Shown: positions 28,797 to 36,519 of the stretch, piece after piece
Numbering within the stretch: the stretch's first letter is position 1
How the letters are laid out: every line of letters starts with the position of its first letter
NCBI GenBank assembly: GCA_017560255.1
Contig: JAFYOI010000056.1
Coordinates: forward strand, 46,639-110,638
DNA: 64,000 nucleotides
Reading direction: 5' to 3'
Origin: Clostridia bacterium
GTDB lineage: Bacteria > Bacillota > Clostridia > Oscillospirales > Acutalibacteraceae
Made by a program: the position numbers and the translations under genes
The notes under the pieces: generated by a model
The model's database searches: none
Told to the model about the DNA's origin: nothing
What the model saw: the letters and a program-made list of their open reading frames with translations, nothing else

Positions 28797-29279
28797 ATGC
28801 TTAACGTAACAATTTGCTGTGTAGGCAAACTTAAAGAAAATTATCTTCGCTCTGCCTGTGACGAATACGTCAAAAGACTCGGCGCATTTTGTAAAGTGAA
28901 TATACTTGAACTGAATGAGGAAAAATTATCTCAAAAACCGTCTGACAGTGAAATTAAAGCCGCTTTGCAGGCGGAGGGCAAAATTATTCTGTCCAAAATT
29001 CCATCACAATGCACGGTTATAGCAATGTGCATTGAGGGCAAGTTGATGTCCTCGGAAGAACTCGCGGCAAGTATTGACTCCGCGGCACTTTCGGGTTCAA
29101 GCAATATATTTTTCGTCATTGGCAGTTCATTCGGTCTGAGTGACGAAGTCAAAAAGGCAAGCCATATCAAACTGTCAATGTCACGAATGACTTTCCCCCA
29201 CCAACTCGTGAGGGTGCTCCTGCTTGAGCAGGTTTATCGCAGTTTTCAGATAAACTCAAACGGAAAATATCACAAATAG
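28797..29279 (+). CDS. rlmH: 23S rRNA (pseudouridine1915-N3)-methyltransferase
   Basis: 160 aa SPOUT protein with the C-terminal motif SMSRMTFPHQLVRVLLLEQVYRSF. Confidence 0.93.
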   Translation: MLNVTICCVGKLKENYLRSACDEYVKRLGAFCKVNILELNEEKLSQKPSDSEIKAALQAEGKIILSKIPSQCTVIAMCIEGKLMSSEELAASIDSAALSGSSNIFFVIGSSFGLSDEVKKASHIKLSMSRMTFPHQLVRVLLLEQVYRSFQINSNGKYHK

Positions 29280-29711
29280 TTATTTGAGAATTACTCCGTC
29301 GGCTATGCTGACGTTTGAATTGTAATAAACCGTAACTTCCTTTTCGCAATCAGACGAAACACAGCCGTGCCCCGTATATTTTATGCTTATCAATTCGGGG
29401 CGCTGCGTTACAACTTCATAATCAATCGTTATACACACAATGTCATCATCAAACAAGGTGATGGCATTTTTCGCATCCTCAAATATGAGCGAATTAAGTT
29501 TGTCCTGCTTTTGAGCATCGTTCAGCCCGTCAATTCGCGGATAGTACAAAACGGTATTGCCCTGCCTATACGATGAAAAAATAAGTGAATAATTTTGTGC
29601 CGTAGTCGCATCAGTGACGTCGGGTTTTGTGACCATAACGTTGTCATACGTTGTGCAGGCGGTCATATTAATAATAAGTATAAATAAAATGCACAATAGG
29701 TTTTTCTTCAT
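29280..29711 (-). CDS. hypothetical lipoprotein (DUF4163/DUF3298-like)
   Basis: Signal peptide with lipobox NMTAC. No catalytic motif recognised. Confidence 0.55.
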   Translation of the reverse strand: MKKNLLCILFILIINMTACTTYDNVMVTKPDVTDATTAQNYSLIFSSYRQGNTVLYYPRIDGLNDAQKQDKLNSLIFEDAKNAITLFDDDIVCITIDYEVVTQRPELISIKYTGHGCVSSDCEKEVTVYYNSNVSIADGVILK

Positions 29712-29792
29712 TTTCTTCCCCTCTCATATATTTTGTAAAGCGAACAAGCATTGTTGAATATAGTGTAATAACAAACTGAAAGGTGTGATACT

Positions 29793-30071
29793 GTGCTTTG
29801 TTGTGTAACGGATTTGCGCGAAAAGGAAATTGTTAATATCCGTGACGGCTCACGGCTTGGGCAAGTATGCGACGTCGATATCGACACCTGCTCGGGCAGG
29901 ATTACTGCCATTATAATATATGGCAAATGTAAATTTATGGGCGTTTTTGGCAAAAGCGAAGATATTAAAATTTATTGGGAAAATATCCGTGTTATCGGTG
30001 ACGACGTGATTCTGGTCGACCTTGATTCTGCCCCGAACTCCTTCACCGTCAGCGGATACATACACGAATAA
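29793..30071 (+). CDS. ylmC: YlmC/YmxH family sporulation protein (PRC barrel)
   Basis: DLREKEIVNIRDGSRLGQVCDVDIDTCSGRITAII is the family pattern. GTG start. Confidence 0.85.
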   Translation: MLCCVTDLREKEIVNIRDGSRLGQVCDVDIDTCSGRITAIIIYGKCKFMGVFGKSEDIKIYWENIRVIGDDVILVDLDSAPNSFTVSGYIHE

Positions 30072-30082
30072 CGTTTTGCCGC

Positions 30083-30115
30083 GCGGCGTACTTTAACAGT
30101 ACGCCGCATTTTTGT
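30083..30115 (+). terminator. intrinsic terminator after ylmC
   Basis: GCGGCGTACT / AGTACGCCGC stem followed by ATTTTTG. Confidence 0.75.
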
Positions 30116-30190
30116 TTTACGTTACGTATTGACTTTTAAATTGTCTTTTGATATTTTATTTATGCTTTTATATTTATATTATGTATACAG

Positions 30191-31072
30191 GTGGATGAGA
30201 TGGAGAAGGATTTACTTTACGGCGTTCATTACGCGGATTTTGAACTGTTGTGTGAACTCGACAGAATTTGTAAAAAACACAATATTGAATACTTTTTGAT
30301 TGCGGGCACTTTACTTGGCGCTATTCGTCACGGGGATTTTATCCCGTGGGACGACGACGTGGATATTGCATTGAAAAGACCCGACTACGACCGTCTTATG
30401 CAGGTAATAGACAGTGAACTCGGCGAAAGATTTGAGCACGTCAACCCCCACGTTGACAAGAGATTTTTTGATGCGATCAGCAAAATCAATTATGTCGAAA
30501 GTTTTATGCGTACCCCGACCCCCGAGGATGAGTATTATGAAAATCATCACAACCGCGTTGCACTTGACTTGTTTGTACTCGACAACGCCTGCGACGGTTT
30601 CCGTTTCAAACTTCAACTTGTGCTTTTGAAGGCACTCTATGGTTTGGCTATGGCGCACCGCTACAAAACCGACTACAAAAAATACAGTTTCGGTGAAAAA
30701 ATCAAAGTTTTTGTCCTTTCAACCATCGGCAGATTGTTTTCAACTAAGCGCGTTATGAAATGGTATGACAAGGCTTCCCTCATCGCAAGCGACAAGGGTG
30801 AGTATTGTTTCATTTCAAACGACCAGTTCAAAAACATCGCAAAAAGGTACAAGAAAACTTGGTTTGAAGGCACGTCAACCGTTACAATCCGCGGCAGAGA
30901 GTTTCCTGCGCCAATCGGCAAAGAAAATATGCTGACCGTCGTTTACGGCGACTATATGACTCCCCCGCCGAAGAGTGAACAAGCACCGTTACATATTGAA
31001 AAATTGCAGGAAGTCAGGGTTTTTGCTGACGGAGTGCTCGTCTGCGAGGAAAATTCAGAAATTAATGCATAA
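30191..31072 (+). CDS. licD: LicD family phosphotransferase (phosphocholine/polyol-phosphate transferase-like)
   Basis: LIAGTLLGAIRHGDFIPWDDDVDIAL is the LicD nucleotidyltransferase-fold motif. The start may be ATG 30200. Confidence 0.8.
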   Translation: MDEMEKDLLYGVHYADFELLCELDRICKKHNIEYFLIAGTLLGAIRHGDFIPWDDDVDIALKRPDYDRLMQVIDSELGERFEHVNPHVDKRFFDAISKINYVESFMRTPTPEDEYYENHHNRVALDLFVLDNACDGFRFKLQLVLLKALYGLAMAHRYKTDYKKYSFGEKIKVFVLSTIGRLFSTKRVMKWYDKASLIASDKGEYCFISNDQFKNIAKRYKKTWFEGTSTVTIRGREFPAPIGKENMLTVVYGDYMTPPPKSEQAPLHIEKLQEVRVFADGVLVCEENSEINA

Positions 31073-31099
31073 TTTTTTCAAAAAAATTCAAAATTGTTC

Positions 31100-31128
31100 T
31101 TGAAATTACCATTTCGTTGTGGTAAAAT
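31100..31128 (+). promoter_or_regulatory. rpsB-tsf promoter (TTGAAA-17-TAAAAT, extended -10)
   Basis: TTGAAATTACCATTTCGTTGTGGTAAAAT. It is followed by a GC-rich leader of about 100 nt. Confidence 0.55.
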
Positions 31129-31232
31129 ATTTCGGAATTCGCACGTTTGGTGATTGGCGGTAGGTGCGGCAGAGCCGTTTGCCGTCAAGTTGACCCGAGC
31201 GGAGGAAATAAAAACTAAAAGGAGGCAAAATC

Positions 31233-31958
31233 ATGGGAGTAGTATCCATGAAACAGCTTCTGGAAGCTGGCGTTCACTTCGGACACCAGACCAGAAGATG
31301 GAACCCGAAGATGTCTGAGTACATCTACACAGAAAGAAACGGTATTTACATCATCGACCTTCAGAAGACGGTCAAGAAACTCGACGAGGCTTACCTCGCA
31401 ATTCGTGAAATCGCTGCAAGCGGCAAGGACATCCTTTTTGTCGGCACAAAGAAGCAGGCTCAGGATTCCGTTAAGGAAGAGGCTATCCGTTGCGGTATGC
31501 CCTTCGTAAACGCTCGTTGGCTCGGCGGTATGCTCACAAACTTCAAAACAATCCAGAGAAGACTCAAGAGATTCTCTCAGCTCAAGCAGATGGAAGCCGA
31601 CGGAACATTTGACATTCTCCCCAAGAAAGAAGTTATCAAACTCAAACTTGAGATGGAGAAACTTGAAAAGTTTATGGGCGGTATCACAGAGATGAAGAGC
31701 ATCCCCGGTGCTATGTTCATCGTTGACCCGCGCAAAGAGAAGATCGCTGTTTCCGAGGCTCATAAACTCGGTATTCCGATCATCGCTATCGTTGACACAA
31801 ACTGTGACCCTGATGAAGTTGACTACGTTATCCCCGGCAACGACGATGCTATCCGCGCAGTAAGACTTATTGCTGGTGCTATGGCTAGCGCTGTTATTGA
31901 GGGCAGACAGGGCGAGCAGACTGCTGAGGCTACAGAGGCTGAAGAGGCTGCTGAATAA
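31233..31958 (+). CDS. rpsB: 30S ribosomal protein S2
   Basis: [23 protein letters not shown]... Confidence 0.98.
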   Translation: MGVVSMKQLLEAGVHFGHQTRRWNPKMSEYIYTERNGIYIIDLQKTVKKLDEAYLAIREIAASGKDILFVGTKKQAQDSVKEEAIRCGMPFVNARWLGGMLTNFKTIQRRLKRFSQLKQMEADGTFDILPKKEVIKLKLEMEKLEKFMGGITEMKSIPGAMFIVDPRKEKIAVSEAHKLGIPIIAIVDTNCDPDEVDYVIPGNDDAIRAVRLIAGAMASAVIEGRQGEQTAEATEAEEAAE

Positions 31959-32001
31959 TTAAGATAACCAACTGAATTATAATAAATAGGAGGAATTCCA
32001 A

Positions 32002-32916
32002 ATGGCATTTACAGCAAAAGACGTACAGTTGTTGCGTGAAAGAACCGGCGTTGGTATGATGGATTGCAAAAAAGCACTTGCTGCTTCCGACGGCGATATG
32101 GAAAAGGCTATTGACTTTTTGAGAGAGAAAGGTCTTGCTGCCGCTGCTAAAAAATCCGGAAGAATCGCTTCCGAGGGCGTTGTTTATGCTTACAACGATG
32201 AGGCTGCAAAGACTGCTGTTCTCGTTGAGGTTAACTCCGAGACTGACTTCGTTGCAAAGAATGACAAGTTCATCGCTTTCGTAGAGGACGTTGCAAAGAC
32301 AATCGTTGCTGCTAACCCCGCTGATGTTGATGCACTTCTCAACTGCACAATCGTAGGCTCTGACGAGACAGTTCTCGCAAGCCTTCAGGACAAAATTCTC
32401 ACAATCGGTGAGAACATCAAAATCCGTCGTTTCATCAGAGTAGAGGGCATCGCTGCTACTTACGTTCACGGTGGTGGCAGAATCGGTGTTCTCGTTGAGT
32501 TTGATACAGACGATGCAACCGCTGCAAACGCTTCTTTCAAAGAACTTGGCAAGGACGTTGCAATGCAGATCGCTGCTATCAACCCCCTCTTCCTCAACAA
32601 AGAGTCCGTTCCGGCTGAGACTCTTGAGAAGGAGAAGGCAATCCTCACAGAGCAGGTTCTCAATGAGGGCAAACCCGCTGCTATCGCTGATAAGATCGTT
32701 ATGGGTAAAATCGCTAAGTACTACAAAGAGAACTGCCTCGTTGAGCAGGCTTTCGTTAAGAACGGCGACGTAACCGTTGGTCAGCACGTTGCTGCTACCG
32801 CTAAGGAAATCGGTACTGCAATCACAGTTAAGGGCTTCTTCCGCTTTGAGAGAGGCGAGGGCCTTGAGAAGAAGGCTGACAACTTCGCTGATGAAGTTGC
32901 AAGCATGATTAAGTAA
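32002..32916 (+). CDS. tsf: translation elongation factor Ts
   Basis: LRERTGVGMMDCKKAL (UBA-like N-terminus) and 304 aa. Downstream of rpsB. Confidence 0.98.
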   Translation: MAFTAKDVQLLRERTGVGMMDCKKALAASDGDMEKAIDFLREKGLAAAAKKSGRIASEGVVYAYNDEAAKTAVLVEVNSETDFVAKNDKFIAFVEDVAKTIVAANPADVDALLNCTIVGSDETVLASLQDKILTIGENIKIRRFIRVEGIAATYVHGGGRIGVLVEFDTDDATAANASFKELGKDVAMQIAAINPLFLNKESVPAETLEKEKAILTEQVLNEGKPAAIADKIVMGKIAKYYKENCLVEQAFVKNGDVTVGQHVAATAKEIGTAITVKGFFRFERGEGLEKKADNFADEVASMIK

Positions 32917-32937
32917 TAATACTTTCCAAACAAAAGA

Positions 32938-32972
32938 GCCCTGACTTTCAACGGTCGGGGCTTAATATTTTT
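32938..32972 (+). terminator. intrinsic terminator after tsf
   Basis: GCCCTGAC / GGTCGGGGC stem (one G-U pair) followed by a T-rich run. Confidence 0.6.
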
Positions 32973-33109
32973 TCAGGAACACTGTATATTTATTTTTCAA
33001 AAATACTGTATATTTATTAAATTTGTTGATATTTTATACAACAAATTGCAAATTTTATTCATTAAAATAGTATTTACGCACATATTTATGCAAATTTTAT
33101 GAAAACTTA

Positions 33110-33138
33110 TTGACTTTTAATATTCAGTGTGATAGAAT
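33110..33138 (+). promoter_or_regulatory. promoter of the amino-acid ABC operon (TTGACT-17-TAGAAT, TG-extended)
   Basis: TTGACTTTTAATATTCAGTGTGATAGAAT. Confidence 0.5.
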
Positions 33139-33177
33139 CAACTCAAATCAAAAAAATACAAATAGGAGCGATCAATT

Positions 33178-34005
33178 ATGAAAAAGATTCTTTCCCTTAT
33201 GCTCGTACTCATTATGTGCGCTGCTTTGTTCTGCGGTTGCGGAAGCGAAGCAGAGAAGAAGACAATCAAATCTCTTGAAGATTTGGACGGCTGCAAAGTT
33301 GCAGTTCAGATTGCTACAACCTCCGATGACATCATCACAGAACTCATCGAAGGCGGTAAAACAATCACAGCAAACCGTTACGAAAAAGTTACACAGTGCT
33401 TTGACGACCTCTCCCTTGGCAGAGTTGACGCAGTTCTCGTTGACAGCGTTGTTGCTGCTTACTACATGGGCGCTGACGCTGACAAGTTCGAAATCTCCTG
33501 GGAGTCCACAGAAGGTGAGCCCATGGGCATCTGCCTCAACAAGAACTCCACAGAACTTGCAGAAGTTATTGAGGCTGCTATTGACACACTCTACTACGAC
33601 GGCACAATCTCCACACTCGCTAAGAAGCACTTCGGCAACGACTTCACAGCAGGTCTCAGAACTGTTACAGAGAAGCCCGTTATTGACACCGCTAAAATCA
33701 AGACAATGACAAACGGCGTTCTCACAATTGGCGCAGAAGTAGGTTATCCTCCGATGGAATACCTCGCTGACGACGGCGTTACATACATCGGCTTCGATAT
33801 CGACATTGCAAACGCTATCGGCGAACTCCTCGGTCTTGAAGTTAAATTCATCAACACCGCTTGGGATGGCATCTTCGCTGCTCTTGAGAAGGGCGAATTC
33901 GACTGCATTATCTCTTCAGTCAGCATCACTGAGGAACGTCAGGAGAAGTACATCCTCACCGAACCCTACGTTTCCAACAGGCAGCAGATTGTTGTTGCAA
34001 AGTAA
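33178..34005 (+). CDS. amino-acid ABC transporter substrate-binding lipoprotein (SBP_bac_3 family), circularly permuted domain order
   Basis: Lipobox LFCGCG. Residues ~30-155 match the C-terminal half of GlnH/ArtJ-type binding proteins (LEDLDGCKVAVQ...RVDAVLVD...YDGTISTLAKKHFG). Residues ~180-275 match the N-terminal half (LTIGAEVGYPPMEY..GFDIDIANAI..WDGIFAALEKGEFDCIISSVSITEER). Confidence 0.85.
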   Translation: MKKILSLMLVLIMCAALFCGCGSEAEKKTIKSLEDLDGCKVAVQIATTSDDIITELIEGGKTITANRYEKVTQCFDDLSLGRVDAVLVDSVVAAYYMGADADKFEISWESTEGEPMGICLNKNSTELAEVIEAAIDTLYYDGTISTLAKKHFGNDFTAGLRTVTEKPVIDTAKIKTMTNGVLTIGAEVGYPPMEYLADDGVTYIGFDIDIANAIGELLGLEVKFINTAWDGIFAALEKGEFDCIISSVSITEERQEKYILTEPYVSNRQQIVVAK

Positions 34006-34093
34006 TTAAAGTTCAAAACGATACTACAACATCGGGTTGTCTTTACGGCAGCCCTATGTTTGTGTTTTTGAGAAATATTTAGGAGAATAGAAA

Positions 34094-34789
34094 ATGGAAT
34101 TTCTTAACACTATATGGGAATGGCTCACCACGGGAACCATGGGAAAAATATGGGGTTGGATGCCGTCGTTGTTCAAAGCAACAGGCGTAACTCTCAGCCT
34201 TTCTTTCCTCTGTGTCATATTCGGTCTCGTTATCGCCGTATTCCTCGCGCTTGGCAAGATATCAAAAAATAAAATTCTCAGAGGAGTTTGCGGCGCATAT
34301 ATTTTCTTTTTCAGAGGAACCCCGCTTCTTATGCAGTTGTTTTTCCTCTACTACACACTTCCGCTTCTGATTCCTGCGTTTAATATCAAAAGCAGATATC
34401 TCGTGGCGTTGATTGCCTTTACATTGAACGTTGCGGCTTACCTTGCGGAAATTATCCGTGCGGCTATCCAATCAATTGACAAGGGACAGTTGGAAGCATC
34501 CAAGGCGCTTGGCCTTACATACCGTCAGGCAATGAGAATCATCATCATTCCGCAGGCTTATCGCAGAATGATCCCCCCGATTTGTAACGAGTTCGTAATG
34601 GTGCTCAAAGACACCTCCCTCGTTTCAATCATCTCCCTCGTTGACCTCACCTGTCAGACAAAGATGATTGCGTCTAATGCGGCAAGTGCTGTTGTTTACA
34701 TCCCCGCTATGATCATTTATCTTGTAATCACCGCTATCTTCACAGTTATCTTCAACAAGATTGAGAAGAAACTTTCCATGTACGAATAA
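34094..34789 (+). CDS. amino-acid ABC transporter permease (HisM/GlnP type)
   Basis: 231 aa with the EAA-loop region [25 protein letters not shown]. Confidence 0.92.
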   Translation: MEFLNTIWEWLTTGTMGKIWGWMPSLFKATGVTLSLSFLCVIFGLVIAVFLALGKISKNKILRGVCGAYIFFFRGTPLLMQLFFLYYTLPLLIPAFNIKSRYLVALIAFTLNVAAYLAEIIRAAIQSIDKGQLEASKALGLTYRQAMRIIIIPQAYRRMIPPICNEFVMVLKDTSLVSIISLVDLTCQTKMIASNAASAVVYIPAMIIYLVITAIFTVIFNKIEKKLSMYE

Positions 34790-34805
34790 GGAGGAGGTTT
34801 ACACA

Positions 34806-35573
34806 ATGGCTATAATCAGAACAGAACATATCTGTAAAAATTTCGGTCATATTGAAGTTCTCAAGGACGTAAGCCTCAGCGTTGAGCCGGGCGAAGTTGT
34901 GTGCATTATCGGTTCTTCCGGTGCCGGTAAATCCACCTATCTGCGCTCAATCAACCACCTTGAAAGCATCACAAGCGGCAAAATCTGGATTGATGAAAAA
35001 TTGATTGACGACCGCGTCAGAGGCACAAACAAAGTGCATATCAGTGCAGCCGAAACAACCGAGGTTTTGCTCAACGTGGGAATGGTGTTCCAGAGATTCA
35101 ATCTTTTCCCCCACAAGACAGCGCTCGAAAACGTAATGCTCGCACCGATGACCGTAAAGGGCGTTTCCAAAGAGGACGCAGAAGCAAAGGCGCGTGAACT
35201 TCTCACCCGCGTTGGCCTTGCAGACAGAATGGATGCGTATCCGTCAAAACTTTCGGGCGGTCAGCAACAGCGTGTTGCAATCGCAAGAGCGCTTGCTATG
35301 GAACCAAAAGTTATGCTCTTTGACGAGCCGACCAGCGCACTCGACCCCGAACTCGTAGGCGAAGTTCTCAACGTAATGAAGCAACTTGCAGAGGAAGGAA
35401 TGGGTATGATCGTTGTAACGCACGAAATGGGCTTTGCAAGGGACGTTGCCGACAGAGTTGTATTTATGGACGGCGGCAGGATTGTTGAAGATGCGCCACC
35501 CGCAGAATTCTTCACAAACCCGAAAAACGAAAGACTCCGCGAATTCCTTAAGAGAAGTTTGCAGGAAAATTAA
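34806..35573 (+). CDS. amino-acid ABC transporter ATP-binding protein
   Basis: Walker [25 protein letters not shown], and Walker [12 protein letters not shown]. Start is at ATG 34806 after AGGAGGAGG. Confidence 0.93.
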   Translation: MAIIRTEHICKNFGHIEVLKDVSLSVEPGEVVCIIGSSGAGKSTYLRSINHLESITSGKIWIDEKLIDDRVRGTNKVHISAAETTEVLLNVGMVFQRFNLFPHKTALENVMLAPMTVKGVSKEDAEAKARELLTRVGLADRMDAYPSKLSGGQQQRVAIARALAMEPKVMLFDEPTSALDPELVGEVLNVMKQLAEEGMGMIVVTHEMGFARDVADRVVFMDGGRIVEDAPPAEFFTNPKNERLREFLKRSLQEN

Positions 35574-35589
35574 AATAATAACAACAAAA

Positions 35590-35622
35590 ACTCACTTGGC
35601 AATATGTCAAGTGAGTTTTTTT
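35590..35622 (+). terminator. intrinsic terminator after the ABC operon
   Basis: ACTCACTTG / CAAGTGAGT stem followed by T7. Confidence 0.85.
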
Positions 35623-35670
35623 GTATAACGAAAACCACGCGATAGTCACGTGGTTCAAAAGAGGTTATCC
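35616..35670 (+). repeat. copy A of a ~55-nt post-terminator element (second copy at 59341..59394)
   Basis: TTTTTTGTATAACGAAAACCACGCGATAG aligns ungapped with 59341-59369 at 26 of 29 positions. Weaker similarity continues through TCAAAAGAGGTTATCC. Confidence 0.6.
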
Positions 35671-35848
35671 ACTGTTTTTGTTTGTCGCTCATGCCGCGAC
35701 GGGCATGCCCTTTCTTGTGTAGGCGAAAAGATTTGAAAGTTATGTTGCACAGTTATTTTATCATATCGAAAAGAAAAAGCAATAATGGTTGTTCTTTCCA
35801 AATTTGATAAATTGAGTCTATTGTTACCCTCTATTGTGAGGTGTTTTT

Positions 35849-36091
35849 ATGGTAGAGTTTAATAAATTTTCTGCAGGAAAAGTTGTAAAAAATATTCGCA
35901 ACGGTAAGGGCATTTCACAAAAAATACTCAGTGGGCTTGCCGGTTTAGGAAGAAGTCATTTAGCAATGATTGAATCCGGTAAAAAACAACCTAATTTTGA
36001 AACAATCTGGAAAATTGCAAACGCATTCGAAATGCCTGTGCATAAATTAGTTATGCTTATCGAAGAAGATGCAAAATCACAAAACAAATAA
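35849..36091 (+). CDS. XRE family helix-turn-helix transcriptional regulator (80 aa)
   Basis: IRNGKGISQKILSGLAGLGRSHLAMIESGKKQPNFETIWKIANAF is an HTH_3-type motif. Confidence 0.8.
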   Translation: MVEFNKFSAGKVVKNIRNGKGISQKILSGLAGLGRSHLAMIESGKKQPNFETIWKIANAFEMPVHKLVMLIEEDAKSQNK

Positions 36092-36100
36092 AAATAATGA

Positions 36101-36134
36101 AAAAAAGGAATGACAAATTGTCGTTCCTTTTTTA
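36101..36134. terminator. bidirectional intrinsic terminator
   Basis: AAAAAAGGAATGACA / TGTCGTTCCTTTTTT, between convergent genes. Confidence 0.8.
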
Positions 36135-36145
36135 TTTCAATAAAT

Positions 36146-36508
36146 TTACTTCAATTCTGCGCCGCATTTTCTGCAAAAATCATCGTCTTTTTTCACACCC
36201 GCATTACATACGGGGCAAACTTTGTCGTAACGGATAGAATTGATTTCTGCACGGAGTTCTTTGAGTTGCGACTTTGCTTCATCAATAGAATCAACAATTT
36301 TCTTTACGTCGCACTCATTCACAGCAGCATCTTTTTTTGCGCTGACGTAATACATCTTGCCAAGAGTTTTATACAAGCCGTCAATCTTGTCCTCAAGTTT
36401 CTTTTCCTTTATCTTCTTCTTCGAAATTTCAACCGCCTGTTTTGTCTTTTTCTCAGCCATACCGAATACCGCTTTCGCGTTATCCCATACGTTATCAACT
36501 GTCGACAT
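36146..36508 (-). CDS. zinc-ribbon domain protein with N-terminal coiled-coil region
   Basis: C-terminal CPVCNAGVKKDDDFCRKCGAEL. Function unknown. Confidence 0.65.
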   Translation of the reverse strand: MSTVDNVWDNAKAVFGMAEKKTKQAVEISKKKIKEKKLEDKIDGLYKTLGKMYYVSAKKDAAVNECDVKKIVDSIDEAKSQLKELRAEINSIRYDKVCPVCNAGVKKDDDFCRKCGAELK

Positions 36509-36519
36509 AAAATAACCCC

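Noticed and set aside
30191-31072. Orphan LicD gene as a marker of a phosphocholine decoration locus.
   Set aside because: No licA/B/C, tarI/J or glycosyltransferase genes are adjacent. A single LicD-family gene with a clear motif is common in Clostridia, and nothing unusual is visible in the sequence itself.
33047-33100. TGCAAATTTTAT(T/G)(C/A)A units as ArgR/AhrC ARG boxes controlling the amino-acid ABC operon.
   Set aside because: The half-site spacing is one base longer than the ARG-box consensus (TGAAT-N4-ATTCA) and the left half-site matches poorly. I kept these only as generic repeat candidates.
35570-35692. 40-aa minus-strand ORF ([40 protein letters not shown]) covering repeat copy A. 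Copy B translates to a partly similar peptide (FDSHRYRMALVIQK).
   Set aside because: Copy B has no start codon and an upstream in-frame stop. The two copies differ by a 1-nt indel in the looser right-hand part of the element, which breaks the frame, and the substitutions are not biased to third positions. The ORF would also have to read through a terminator hairpin. I treat it as nucleotide-level conservation.
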